Source: Myxococcota bacterium (GTDB lineage Bacteria > Myxococcota_A > SURF-8 > G963663525). Taken from it: DNA of 41,226 nt. Shown here in pieces: positions 19,620-29,438 of this stretch. The notes under the pieces were generated by a model. That model was given only the letters and a program-made list of their open reading frames with translations, searched no databases and was not told the DNA's origin. A program made the translations under genes and the position numbers. The stretch is taken from assembly GCA_963676915.2 (NCBI GenBank), contig CAXXVK010000025.1, positions 1 through 41,226 on the forward strand, written 5' to 3'. How positions within the stretch are numbered: the first letter of the stretch is position 1; each line of letters begins with the position of its first letter.

Positions 19620-19701
19620 TGGACACCTCGTTGCAAAGAGCAATCACGTTGTTGATATGTATTCGTGCGAATTATGGAACGCTTTTGGAGTGATTTTCGT
19701 A

Positions 19702-22340
19702 TCATGGCGCATCCAACAAGGCTGGTGTAGGCATCGAAGGATCGCCAAGCAGGACGTACGTCCACACGTCGTCATCCCCCAACTCCCCGGAAGCCGGATA
19801 AAGCGTATCGAACACCGCGCCCGTAAAAGCCTCGCCCAATGTCGCAACGGTGGGGTCCAGCAATCGATTCTGGACTCGTTCGGCCAGCATCATCGCCTGG
19901 TCGGGATTTGAATACGCCGACGTCGTGATGGTCGCTGCCGCGCCTGCGACATTCGAATCCAGCAAAATCATGGATTCCGCCAATACATGAACCAGAGACG
20001 GATAGGCAAAATACCCATTGAGACAATTGTATGTGATCCATAGTGCCGGGGAATCCCCATGCTCCAAGATGGTTGCGAGATTATCGAAAGCGGAGTGTTG
20101 AGACACGATTCGTTCGGCAGAAATGGTGGTCAGATCCCCATGGCCGAAATACGTTACGACTCGCGTTGCACCGGCTGTCAGATCCTCGTGCAGGTCCGAA
20201 CGTAGAGCCATCACCGCCGGTTCTTCATACTGATTGGCGGGTGGAGGATCGGAGAGGGGATACTCGTTGTTGTAGTCCTCCAAGTAGAACGTCTGTGCCG
20301 AAAATTCCAGTGGTAAAGCGCTGCGCAAGGTTTCGGACATGGGTTTGAAAATCCCGTCGTTGTCGTCTGCAATGAACGTCCATTGCGTAGCGTTCGCAGA
20401 TTCGTACGCCAGAATACGTGAAACCGCAGAAGCGACCTGTGCCGAGCTGCGAGCGGGAATACGACCTACACCGGGAGGTGAACAATCGGGACATTCGAGC
20501 ATCGCTTCCTGCAACCATGCCATATCACTTGGCACCCAGATGCCACGATCCGTCAAACGTCTCCAGGCCGTAGGGATCAAGTTCTCCGGGTTGTCCTCGG
20601 TAGCAACCACCGGTCCCGGTGTCGTGTCACCGACCAGCAACAGCGCCCGCAAAGGACGAGAGCGGTCTTCGTTGTCGATTTCCCGAGAAACCAAGCGGGA
20701 AAATGCATCCGGCGAAGGTTGTCCATTCGAATATCGTTTATAAACCCACGCGGGGGAGACCGTCGCCGGTTGCCAACCTTGCTGCGTTCGTCGATCGATT
20801 AACGGTGCCAACGCTTCGTGAAAATCGCTCCCGGCGACAATCAACAGGTCTGCCGACGCCGGATCGCCTAGCTGCAAATCCTGATCGGGCACGACGTGAA
20901 CCGTGGGTGGCTCTTGTGTGAATAAAACCAGTTCGATCCCGGCTGGTACGAAAGGCACGCTCCAGCCTTGCTCATCTCCCTCGACATTCGCCAGCCCGTT
21001 GCAGGCAAGAGAAAACAGGCTCGCTTGACCTTCTGTTGAATCACAGAACCAAACGTTCGGTTTATCGGGATAGGCTCCCAGATGAACGCCAACGGAAGTC
21101 AGAGCATCCCGATGGCTGTAATATCGGGTTTCTTCTCCAAGTTCGAGCGTTTCTTCAACGAGCAATACCACTTCGGCGATATTGCTTGCATCCAGAGGGG
21201 AGCCGTCTTCCTTTGCATTGGCATGAACCTCGATCGATCCTTCAGTGAGTTGAATCCGATCGTCCATCTGAAAATCGGCACGATCGAACCCTTCGAAATC
21301 AAGAACATACGTTGTTTCATCACCAATATGAAACTCTACGGAATGCGACACACTGGAAGCTCCCACAGCGTGACAAACAGGTGGTGTAAGGCAGAATCGC
21401 TCGGCGGTTCGGGAAACGTCGCTTGCCAGCCCACTCCTCCCGGACGCAATCGTTCCGAAGCCCATAGGTTGTTGAAACTGCCGTCAAACGGCTCGTGGTA
21501 GATGGCCCAGTATTCCTGAGGTCGTTGATGATACACCCGCAACAGTCGATCGGTCACCGAGTTTTGAGTTTCATCCACATAAACGACCATTTCCGGCGAT
21601 GGATCGTCAGGGACCGATTCCACCACCAAATATGTAGCCATTGCCGTTCCATTGCGTCCGTCGGGGGCATACAGTTGAACGTTCCACGTTTCCCATGCGA
21701 CACAACCATCGGATGAGGTTTCATCGAAAGGTAGGCGACGAATCGATAAGGGCGTATCTCCGTAACGCACCCGTAAATCCGAAGCTTTGGGGACCATTCC
21801 TCCCGGATACAAATCATCGCTATTCATTTGCACCGGGCCAGGCTTGGCGGTTTTTACGATGAGAACAGGACAAACGTCGCCTACGCAATTGCTTGGATAT
21901 TCCCCTTCTTCGCATTCTTCATCCTCATCCGTGGAATCGATCTGTTCATCCTCATCAATGTCCGAAATTTCGTCAAAATCACGTTCCTGCGGGACTTCCT
22001 CCAACGGATCGTTATCAAGGTCGATTTCCTGTACTTCTTCCTCCATCGGTTCCTTGTCGAAATCACGTTCCTGCCACTCTTCTTCCATCGGTTCGTCGTC
22101 GAGGTCGATTTCCCAAGAATCTTCCTCGAATGAATCGTTATCGAGATCCCCGGTAGGAACGGAGGTATCGTCATCCACGAGTCCCGCATCATCCTTCAAA
22201 GGGTCGGCTTCGCTGCAGGCAAGGATCTGGAGTGCTATCCCAAATATGAATAACAAACGACACACACAGAACTTGCAGCGTGTGGCACTCGCATGAATGT
22301 CAAACAGAGTCGGAAATTTCTTTTGTCGGTAGGTCACCAT
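19702..22340 (-). pseudogene. C25-family (gingipain/PorU-like) cysteine peptidase lipoprotein, split by a 1-nt frameshift near 21363
   Basis: C-terminal frame has LLIVAG, LLLVGD, VGRIPAR, YFGHG (His), YNCLNG (Cys) and LLGDP. N-terminal frame has an ILAC lipobox and an acidic linker. Adding one G to the minus-strand TGGGA joins the two frames as VTLWGASSVSH. Confidence 0.75.
21972..22113 (-). repeat. Intragenic 42-bp (14-aa) acidic tandem repeats
   Basis: EIDLDDEPMEEEWQ / ERDFDKEPMEEEVQ / EIDLDNDPLEEVPQ / ERDFD. Confidence 0.65.
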
Positions 22341-22389
22341 TATGCCTTGATCTTCTTTCGAACGGAGATGATGAAAACCAAAACCATGA

Positions 22390-23631
22390 TCAACAACACC
22401 CGTGATTCGTGCTTTGCGAGCACCCTTTCGGCAAAGTTGATGATTCTTCCGTAACACCAATAGTACCGGAATTCTTGCCTGAATCGTTCAGGTTCGTTGT
22501 CCCAGGATCTTCTGGAATCAAAGCCGCCGGATTGTCACTCAACCAGAAATCCCACCCGACACGCGGCTCGGCGCTGTCTCCTCGTTCGACAACCAGGTCA
22601 GGACGTTCAACCAACGCGACCCATTCTTCGGTAGAGATTTTTATCGGCCCATAGGTGAAAACCGCTCCGCCGATGTCATACTCTCTCAAGTAGTACGAGT
22701 AGATCACATCCGCTTCAGCGCTTGTATCTACCGCGGAATAGGCTGCGCCTTCGGCCTCGTTTTCACAAGGTACCGTCGTTGCGGAAAGTTCACGATGCCC
22801 GTCAAGATCGTCACCGCCATTGCCGCCTATTCCACCGTTGCCGCCATTGGCTCCATCACCGCCATCGCTTGTCCGGTTGTTACTGATCGTGCAACGAGTA
22901 ATCTGCAGTTCGCCTTCATTGTAAATACCTCCACCATGACCGCTATCCGCGCCTGCGCCCCCCGTTTCTCCGTTTTCTCCGGCTTCCCCTGCGCCTCCGG
23001 CACCTCCTTGTTCACCATTATCACCATTTTCACCCCATGATCCCGGGGCACCATCCTCACCATGTGCGGCCAGCGATCTGTTCACTCCCGCCGCTCCGTC
23101 ATTGCCGTTCAATCCATTCGCCCCATCCACACCATCGACATCTCCGTAGGTGGCGTTCGAATCCACCGTACATTCGGTAAGGGTTAGATTTCCCATATTG
23201 TAGATGCCACCGCCATGGGGATCGGACTCCGTAGTCAAGCCTTGCTCGATGCTAAGGCGCGTCAGTTCGACCGTGACTCCCGATGTAATGTAAAAGATAC
23301 GAAAAGCCGTCGCTCCGGAGTTTCTTGCAATGCTAATGCCCTCATCTCCGTCGATGACGAGATCGCCCGAGATTTCCAATTGGCCGAGCGTCAACTCGAT
23401 CGTGGAAACCCCGCTGGCGAATTGTATCGTGTCGTTCCCTGCAAGCGCGTTGGCTTCCTCGATAGCAGCCCGCAAGGTGCATTGACTCCCTGAATCCGCG
23501 CAAGAACCGTCTCCGGGTGTGGCATCGGAACTGTCGCCAGTGCTGTCCACCGTCCAGGTATCGGCAAAAACCAGGCTTGCATTCAGGCATGAAAACATGA
23601 ACGGCACTATCGACAATGAGATACGAATCAT
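22390..23631 (-). CDS. CSLREA-domain secreted protein with Gly-rich repeats; apparently internally deleted, with a frameshifted C-terminal anchor
   Basis: Signal peptide; TVDSTGD...CTLRAAIEEANA (CSLREA motif); GGGIYN beta-helix repeats; G-x-x repeats; C-terminal GAAYSAVD...YSYYLREYDIGG...YGP. Confidence 0.75.
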   Translation of the reverse strand: MIRISLSIVPFMFSCLNASLVFADTWTVDSTGDSSDATPGDGSCADSGSQCTLRAAIEEANALAGNDTIQFASGVSTIELTLGQLEISGDLVIDGDEGISIARNSGATAFRIFYITSGVTVELTRLSIEQGLTTESDPHGGGIYNMGNLTLTECTVDSNATYGDVDGVDGANGLNGNDGAAGVNRSLAAHGEDGAPGSWGENGDNGEQGGAGGAGEAGENGETGGAGADSGHGGGIYNEGELQITRCTISNNRTSDGGDGANGGNGGIGGNGGDDLDGHRELSATTVPCENEAEGAAYSAVDTSAEADVIYSYYLREYDIGGAVFTYGPIKISTEEWVALVERPDLVVERGDSAEPRVGWDFWLSDNPAALIPEDPGTTNLNDSGKNSGTIGVTEESSTLPKGCSQSTNHGCC

Positions 23632-24106
23632 GTTGAAATTACTGTGTTTTTTGTGTTGTTCATCATTGCCTTGTGATTTTCATCCGCCTGTTTCCCGATC
23701 CGAAAAAGAGAGTTCGTGGTTTGTTCGAAATCTCCCATTTATAAAAAATGGCTCATTACATCATGATATGAAAGAAGACGCCTATCCCAAATAGACAAAA
23801 GTCTACAATCCCCTAAGTAGGCAAAAGTCTGCTAACAAATAGCATTTCAGTGTTTTCCCGGTCAATGTTGTCAGTAAATCGGGATTTTCGTTTCGAGGAA
23901 GGGCTTGAACGACAGACTGTTCTCAAAGAAGAAACAGTTTTGCAGGTTGCTTTGACCTTCAGAGAAAATTCACTTGCCTGGATTGCCCTTGCCAACGGAC
24001 TGTAGCACATATGTACAACAACAGATGCAAAAAATGGGACAGAATGGACCGATGGAACCGGACACGAGGGCGAACGCTCCCGTGAGTCACGACGGAAAAA
24101 CCCAAG

Positions 24107-24140
24107 AAAAAACCCCGACTTCCAAGGAAATCGGGGTTTT
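24107..24140 (-). terminator. Terminator-like hairpin downstream of the tRNA-Phe 3' fragment
   Basis: AAAACCCCGA / TCGGGGTTTT 10-bp stem with a T-tail on the minus strand. Confidence 0.65.
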
Positions 24141-24145
24141 ATGCG

Positions 24146-24195
24146 TGGTGCCAAGGGACGGAGTTGAACCGCCGACACAGGGATTTTCAGTCCCC
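24146..24195 (-). other. 3' half of tRNA-Phe(GAA), att-like duplicated site and island boundary
   Basis: Minus strand reads GGGGA-CTGAAAA-TCCCT-GTGTC-GGCGG-TTCAACT-CCGTC-CCTTGGC-ACCA. The D-arm and 5' acceptor strand are absent. Confidence 0.85.
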
Positions 24196-24382
24196 GTTCA
24201 TGTCAATAAATTCAACAAGTTAGAGCACGTTGTACCACATTTGCACCAAAACAGGACCGTTTGGTGTACCCACCAGGTGGAATCAGCACTGACCGCTATT
24301 GAAAATCACAATATTTGGGACGCTGTGGAGATATTGCGGGGAATTCTCAATAGTCTGACGGCTTTCATCGAGGGGGAAGACA

Positions 24383-25285
24383 ATGAATCGTAAGACCACC
24401 TATAAGAGTCAGGGAAATAAGAAACATCCTTACAAAATCCTTGAAAAGATACAGTCCTACACGGTCTGTACAGATACCGATTCCGTGCAAAAAGCCAGGG
24501 CGGCGCAACTGGAAGCACTCGGTCTGTTCGACTACGCCAGCCAAGTTAAAAAATGTGGTACAATCCAGTTCTACCGAGGAAAACCCGAACCAATGCGGTG
24601 TCACCATCGGCTATGTCCACAATGCGCTGACCGTCTTGTTCAGCATAACACCCGGCGTGTCGTGAATGGTGTTCGACGCTTCCAAAAGCCGGTGATCTAC
24701 ATTGCCAGCCTGAGGTCGAAAAGTCTGTACGATCTGAAAGAGACTGTCGATAACTTCCTGTACTACCACAAGTTATTCCGACGCCGGAAAAACTTCAAAG
24801 AAGGCATCCTTTCCGGTATCGGAGCTCTGGAGGTGAAACTCGCAAAGAAAAAGATGGTTTGGAATGTTCATGCTCATTTCGTCCTGGACCTAACACCACG
24901 GATACGGGAACTTTGGCTGCATGAGGCTTGGTGGGAGTTGACGGAAGGACGGGGATCGTTCCTACCTCATGACGAGTCGGATGTGGATCTTCGGAACCTG
25001 AAAGCGCTGGCTAAATACATAACGAAAAACCTCACATGGTGCCCGACACCCGGAAAACTCGGATCAACCATGGAAGAAGAGCTTGAATTACTTGAGCAGA
25101 TTCATGACGCACTGAAAGACCGGAAGTTACTGATCGCTTGGGGGGCGGCTTACAGGGTCAAAGAGCAGGACAATGACATCGTGGACGCTCCGACACTTGA
25201 CCGCCACCGCTTGAGGCGATCCGTAAAGCTTAGAAGGCGTAGGAAATCGTCAAAGCCGAAAAAGGACTGTATATCCTGTCAGTGA
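24383..25285 (+). CDS. rep: Rolling-circle replication initiator (HUH, Rep_1-like)
   Basis: N-terminal CG...CHHRLCPQC; GALEVK; HUH motif WNVHAHFVL; motif III LAKYITK; GAGGGGGA RBS. Confidence 0.82.
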   Translation: MNRKTTYKSQGNKKHPYKILEKIQSYTVCTDTDSVQKARAAQLEALGLFDYASQVKKCGTIQFYRGKPEPMRCHHRLCPQCADRLVQHNTRRVVNGVRRFQKPVIYIASLRSKSLYDLKETVDNFLYYHKLFRRRKNFKEGILSGIGALEVKLAKKKMVWNVHAHFVLDLTPRIRELWLHEAWWELTEGRGSFLPHDESDVDLRNLKALAKYITKNLTWCPTPGKLGSTMEEELELLEQIHDALKDRKLLIAWGAAYRVKEQDNDIVDAPTLDRHRLRRSVKLRRRRKSSKPKKDCISCQ

Positions 25286-25689
25286 CAGTGGAACTGCGGC
25301 ACAAACTAGATATCCTGGACAAAATAACACTGCTTAGCTGTCCAACCAATCTCATTCTTAGCCCCACGAAGCCGAGCGGAGGCGTTAAGCCGAAGCTCCG
25401 GTGTAGTGGGAGGAGTTGTTCGGACGAGTCGGGACGACGAATCCGAACAACTCCATCGACACCTGGGACGTCACAACGACTGCTGATATATGCCAAAATC
25501 GATTCTGAACTTGCCAAAGTTCCGTTATCTCGAAGAATTAGCGGAACAAAATGCACGTAAAAACACCCAATACGTCGATATATGAGCGCCTAGGGGCCGT
25601 GCAGACAAGTCTTGTAGGGAGATTTTGCTATAGAAAATAGTATTTTCTGCCTCAAGAAAGAAAGATATAGTATTGATATTATTGAACTT

Positions 25690-27717
25690 GCCGGGTGGCC
25701 GAGGGAGGTTGCCCTCCCCCGGCTCCCACAGATCCGGACGTGCGGGACTACCGCATCCGGCTCCTCGGATCATGGTCTCGTCAAACGAATGGATGGCGCG
25801 ACCGAATGCACGGGCTTGGATTTCGGAAGTGGGTAACGCTCCAAGAGTTTCAGATACCGCTCCCAAGTCATTTTCGCCTTGCGAGAGTGGCGGTTCAGCC
25901 ATTTCTGCCAGATGCGAACAACTTGGTAGCTAAATCGCCCCAGAGACGGTGAGTTGGCCGTGATGCCATAGTACTGATAATGGCCGCGCAGCTTGGCGCA
26001 TAACACCCGATGCTGCACCGGAATCGGATCGTGCCGATGCCGCCTGCACCAGAGTGAGATGGCTTTCACGCCACGCCGAAACCGATCCGCCGCCGTCTTG
26101 CGCAAGACCACCCAATTCCCTTTCAGACTCTTTCCCCAGTAATGGGTAAAGCCCAGAAAGTCAAACGTGTCCGGCATGTCCTCGGGCTCCGGTTCCTGGC
26201 CGTTGGCCCTTCGGATCGGACGCTCGAAGCGCACCAGGCGCGTCTTTTCGGGATGCAGTGCAAGACCGTATTTGCCGAATCGCTTCGGCAGCACGTTCAT
26301 CAGCCGCCGGGCGTCCTCCTCCATCCGGCAGACGATGAGCACATCGTCCGCGTAGCGGATCATGTGAGATTCACCCGCGAGCCGAAGCTTCACGACTCGC
26401 TCAAACCACGTATCCAGTACTTCGTGCAGATACACATTGGCCAAGATGGGAGAAATCACGCCGCCCTGGGGCGTACCGCCCTTCAGGCGCGTCACCGCTC
26501 CCTTCTCCACCACTCCCGCGTTCACCCATTTTCCAATCGTGCGTCGGATGACGCCGTCGTTCACCCGCCGCAGATGATCGTGGTCCAGGTTATCGAAGAA
26601 GGCCTGGATGTCCACTTCGATCACGAAACCGCCCCGCATCTTCATCAGCTTCTCGCGGAAATCTTCCAACGCCTGGTGGGCCGAGCGTCCCGGACGAAAA
26701 CCGTAGGAGCAGTCCAGAAAGTCCTGCTCGTAGATCGTCTCCAGGAGCATGGCCACCGCCCGCTGCAACACCTTATCCTCAAAGGTCGGGATTCCGATGG
26801 GTCGCATCTTCGTCCCATCCCCTTTCGGAATGTAGGTCCGTCGAACGGGAGGAGCCTGATAGCGACCGGACTTGAAGCGGTCCAGCAGAGAGCGGAGGTT
26901 ATCCTCCAGATCCCGGGCATAATCCTCCGCCGTCATACGATCGCTACCAACCGCCCCGTCCTTGCGGGTGCGCCGGTAGGCCTCCATGAGAAACGCCAAA
27001 TCGATGTGATGGGCCAGCGTCGTGAACGCCATATCGGGCGCTTGTCTCGCCAGCTCGGCTACCTTTCGGAGTCTCGGTGAGATGAAATCCGAACTCGGTG
27101 TTTCGGGCATCGTTCCCTCCAAAAGATCCATGATCCGGCATCCCCTTCCCTCCACGGGGTCCCGCCGGGCGCGGTTCCCCCGCTTCATCGGTACTATGGG
27201 ATGCTCCGACTCCCCGCCGCTCCTCCCGGATCGCTTCGTTGCCTTCGCTCTCCGGTACCGTTCCGGCATCCGCAGTTTCGCTCCCTGCGCCGGACGGATG
27301 CTTCCGGTGCAGGCCGGGATTTTCCAGTCACCCGGACACCCAAAGGACCGGGATTCATGACGAAACGGAAGCGACGGGGCCTCCCAGGTTCTTGGGCAAC
27401 CCCTGTGCATGCATGCCCCGCTCTTAGACCCCGGCGGGATCGAATGCGCCAGGCCATTCGCAGCGCTCCGATGGGGCCTTCCGCCATACGAACGACGTCG
27501 GCTCCCGCAATCGGCATTTCGAGGCTGAATCACGCGGCCTGCATGCTTCCTGTGTACGCTTCACGGCCCGGATTGCTCCGAGGCCGCGCAACACTCGGTT
27601 CCGGCTGGCTGGCCGGGTCTTGGCCGGACGGGACTTTCACCCGTTGGGTTGCAACAAAAGGTTTCAGAAACTTGCTATGCCATTCCATCCTCCTTCTCCA
27701 GGCTTCTCCTGGCGCAA
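25690..27717 (-). mobile_element. Group II intron (bacterial class E/F-like), apparently full length
   Basis: 5' end TTGCGCCAGG at 27717. Domain V GAGCCGGATGCGGTAGTCCCGCACGTCCGGATC and domain VI ...GGCAACC...CCACCCGGC end at 25690. RT ORF inside. Confidence 0.88.
25770..27110 (-). CDS. ltrA: Group II intron reverse transcriptase/maturase, no endonuclease domain
   Basis: [71 protein letters not shown] before ATG 27110. Confidence 0.92.
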   Translation of the reverse strand: MPETPSSDFISPRLRKVAELARQAPDMAFTTLAHHIDLAFLMEAYRRTRKDGAVGSDRMTAEDYARDLEDNLRSLLDRFKSGRYQAPPVRRTYIPKGDGTKMRPIGIPTFEDKVLQRAVAMLLETIYEQDFLDCSYGFRPGRSAHQALEDFREKLMKMRGGFVIEVDIQAFFDNLDHDHLRRVNDGVIRRTIGKWVNAGVVEKGAVTRLKGGTPQGGVISPILANVYLHEVLDTWFERVVKLRLAGESHMIRYADDVLIVCRMEEDARRLMNVLPKRFGKYGLALHPEKTRLVRFERPIRRANGQEPEPEDMPDTFDFLGFTHYWGKSLKGNWVVLRKTAADRFRRGVKAISLWCRRHRHDPIPVQHRVLCAKLRGHYQYYGITANSPSLGRFSYQVVRIWQKWLNRHSRKAKMTWERYLKLLERYPLPKSKPVHSVAPSIRLTRP

Positions 27718-28003
27718 TCGTATTTTCTTAGCCTTATAATCATTACGATTTCGGATCTGGGAATGACTTACGGAGTCCCACGTATTGCAAGTCTAATTTT
27801 TTTGGCTGGGATTTTCAGTGCTGTCCGAGAACGGATGAAGCAAATATCGGTGTACGTAAAACCTGAGCAGTACAGTATGGAATTTCAGGGGTGTGTTCGC
27901 CGTATAAAAAACGCCAACGAATTCTCCAACCTCTCTCGGAAAACGTTTTCCAAACACGCTCTGCCTTCAGCATGAACATGGTAATCAACGAAAGGATTGA
28001 AAG

Positions 28004-28153
28004 ATGGGCCATACTCAAGAAGCAAATCACATGGACAACGGAACAGGCATTCTCGACTCGACGGACGACCTCTCCCTTACAGAACTGCGCGAGCGGGTCA
28101 TGCAAGCAGCGGAAGCTGACCATCTGGCCAAGGTTGATCTGGCTAGCGGGTGA
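28004..28153 (+). CDS. Short ORF (49 aa), possibly a truncated gene
   Basis: AAAGGA RBS; MGHTQEANH...LTELRERVMQAAEADHLAKVDLASG; abuts a gene relic. Confidence 0.25.
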   Translation: MGHTQEANHMDNGTGILDSTDDLSLTELRERVMQAAEADHLAKVDLASG

Positions 28154-28173
28154 CAGAGTTGGAGGCTAGTCGA

Positions 28174-28331
28174 ACCGTTTATCCCTCACTTGGATTGGGA
28201 CTTATACGAACGGACCAATACCGAGGGGAGTTTCGTGATTTCGGCGGTTCCAATTGGAGCCACACGAGTTGAGATTGCCCACGACGAAATGGAGCTGTTC
28301 AAAGAAATTTCCGGTACGATTCCGGAAACGG
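28174..28331 (+). pseudogene. Relic fragment of the giant-lipoprotein family
   Basis: Nucleotide and protein similarity to about 33589-33748 (GSFVISAVPIGATRVEIAHDEMELFKEISGTIPE versus GSFVISAVPVGATRVEITHDELELYKEISGTIPE). It has a 1-nt insertion and no start codon. Confidence 0.8.
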
Positions 28332-28584
28332 TCCAAGTATGATAAAGAGCGTGAAGCAGTAGCCGCCGCTCGACATGCCGGAATGAAACGAAGGCCGGGG
28401 ATTCAAAAGTGGATCTCCCCTTTTGTTGCACGAAGCGCTCGCGATTTATTGTCCATGCTACGCGATGATGGGACCGTCGTATGTTGTCTGAAAACTTGTT
28501 GAATAACTTTCCTGTTTACGATAACTTTCCTAAAGAATTTCAACACATCCAGAATAATCATTTTTGAACGCTGGAGAAAAATGA

Positions 28585-29436
28585 ATGTTCAAACATGGAA
28601 ATTGTATGTGGATTCAACGAGTTATCTTGATGATTTTCTTCTTTTTTGGCTTTGCGATGATTCCGACGGGTAGCGTAGCCAAAACCACTGACGGCATCGT
28701 AGTATGGGAATTGGAGCAGAAAAGCGGGGTCAGTCAAGAGGATATCGACAGCATCACAGGCATTGTGACCGCCAAAGTGGAGGAATTTTCCGGTCGAAAA
28801 GTCATCTCCAACGCGGATATTCTCACCGTTCTCAAGGGGGAGGAAACCCGCCAGAAATGTGGTGTCGAAGGGTCGGATTCCTGCATGGCCGAGATCGGCG
28901 CGGCGTTGGGGGTTCCCGAAGCCGTGTCAGGCGACCTGGGACGTGTGGGCGAGATATGGGTGCTCAACTTGCGGCGCGTTAACCTGCGTTCGGTAGGGGT
29001 GATCAAACGGGCCAGCCGACAGGTGGAAGGCGATCTGACCGACCTCGTGCGTGTCGTTCCCTGTGTCGTGGGCGAACTGTTCGGAGTCAAAGTCCCCGAG
29101 CCACCGCCACGCAAGAAAAAAGATAAGCCCGAGAAAAAGCCGGATGTGCTTAAAATCACGGGCTATTCTCTGGTCGGTGGAGGGGCGACGTTTCTCGTTC
29201 TGGGAGGAATCGCCACTTGGCAGATGGACGACGCCAATCAAAAAGACAAATCCAAGTTCGACACCTGGAAAAATACCTCTATTGCGGGCTATGCCGTTGG
29301 AGCCGCCGCTGTGGCGACGGGCGCGAGCCTGCTGATCTACGACGCCTTGCAGAAAGAGAAAACACCTGAAAAACCAAAGGTTTCGGTGATGCCACTTCCT
29401 GGCGGTGCCTCGGCCTGCATCGGATGGAGGTGGTAA
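28585..29436 (+). CDS. Exported protein with TolB-N/CsgG-like N-terminal domain and hydrophobic C-terminal region ending in Trp
   Basis: Signal peptide; CGVEGSDSCMAEIGAALGVPEAVSGDLGRVG; Pro/Lys linker; two Gly/Ala-rich hydrophobic segments; terminal GWRW. Confidence 0.6.
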   Translation: MFKHGNCMWIQRVILMIFFFFGFAMIPTGSVAKTTDGIVVWELEQKSGVSQEDIDSITGIVTAKVEEFSGRKVISNADILTVLKGEETRQKCGVEGSDSCMAEIGAALGVPEAVSGDLGRVGEIWVLNLRRVNLRSVGVIKRASRQVEGDLTDLVRVVPCVVGELFGVKVPEPPPRKKKDKPEKKPDVLKITGYSLVGGGATFLVLGGIATWQMDDANQKDKSKFDTWKNTSIAGYAVGAAAVATGASLLIYDALQKEKTPEKPKVSVMPLPGGASACIGWRW

Positions 29437-29438
29437 TC

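Noticed and set aside
24146-24222. Intact tRNA-Phe gene
   Set aside because: Only the anticodon arm through CCA is present; the upstream sequence cannot form the D-arm or acceptor stem.
27111-27533. N-terminal extension of the RT ORF given in the ORF track
   Set aside because: This is structured intron RNA that happens to be open. RT similarity and the RBS begin near 27110-27131.
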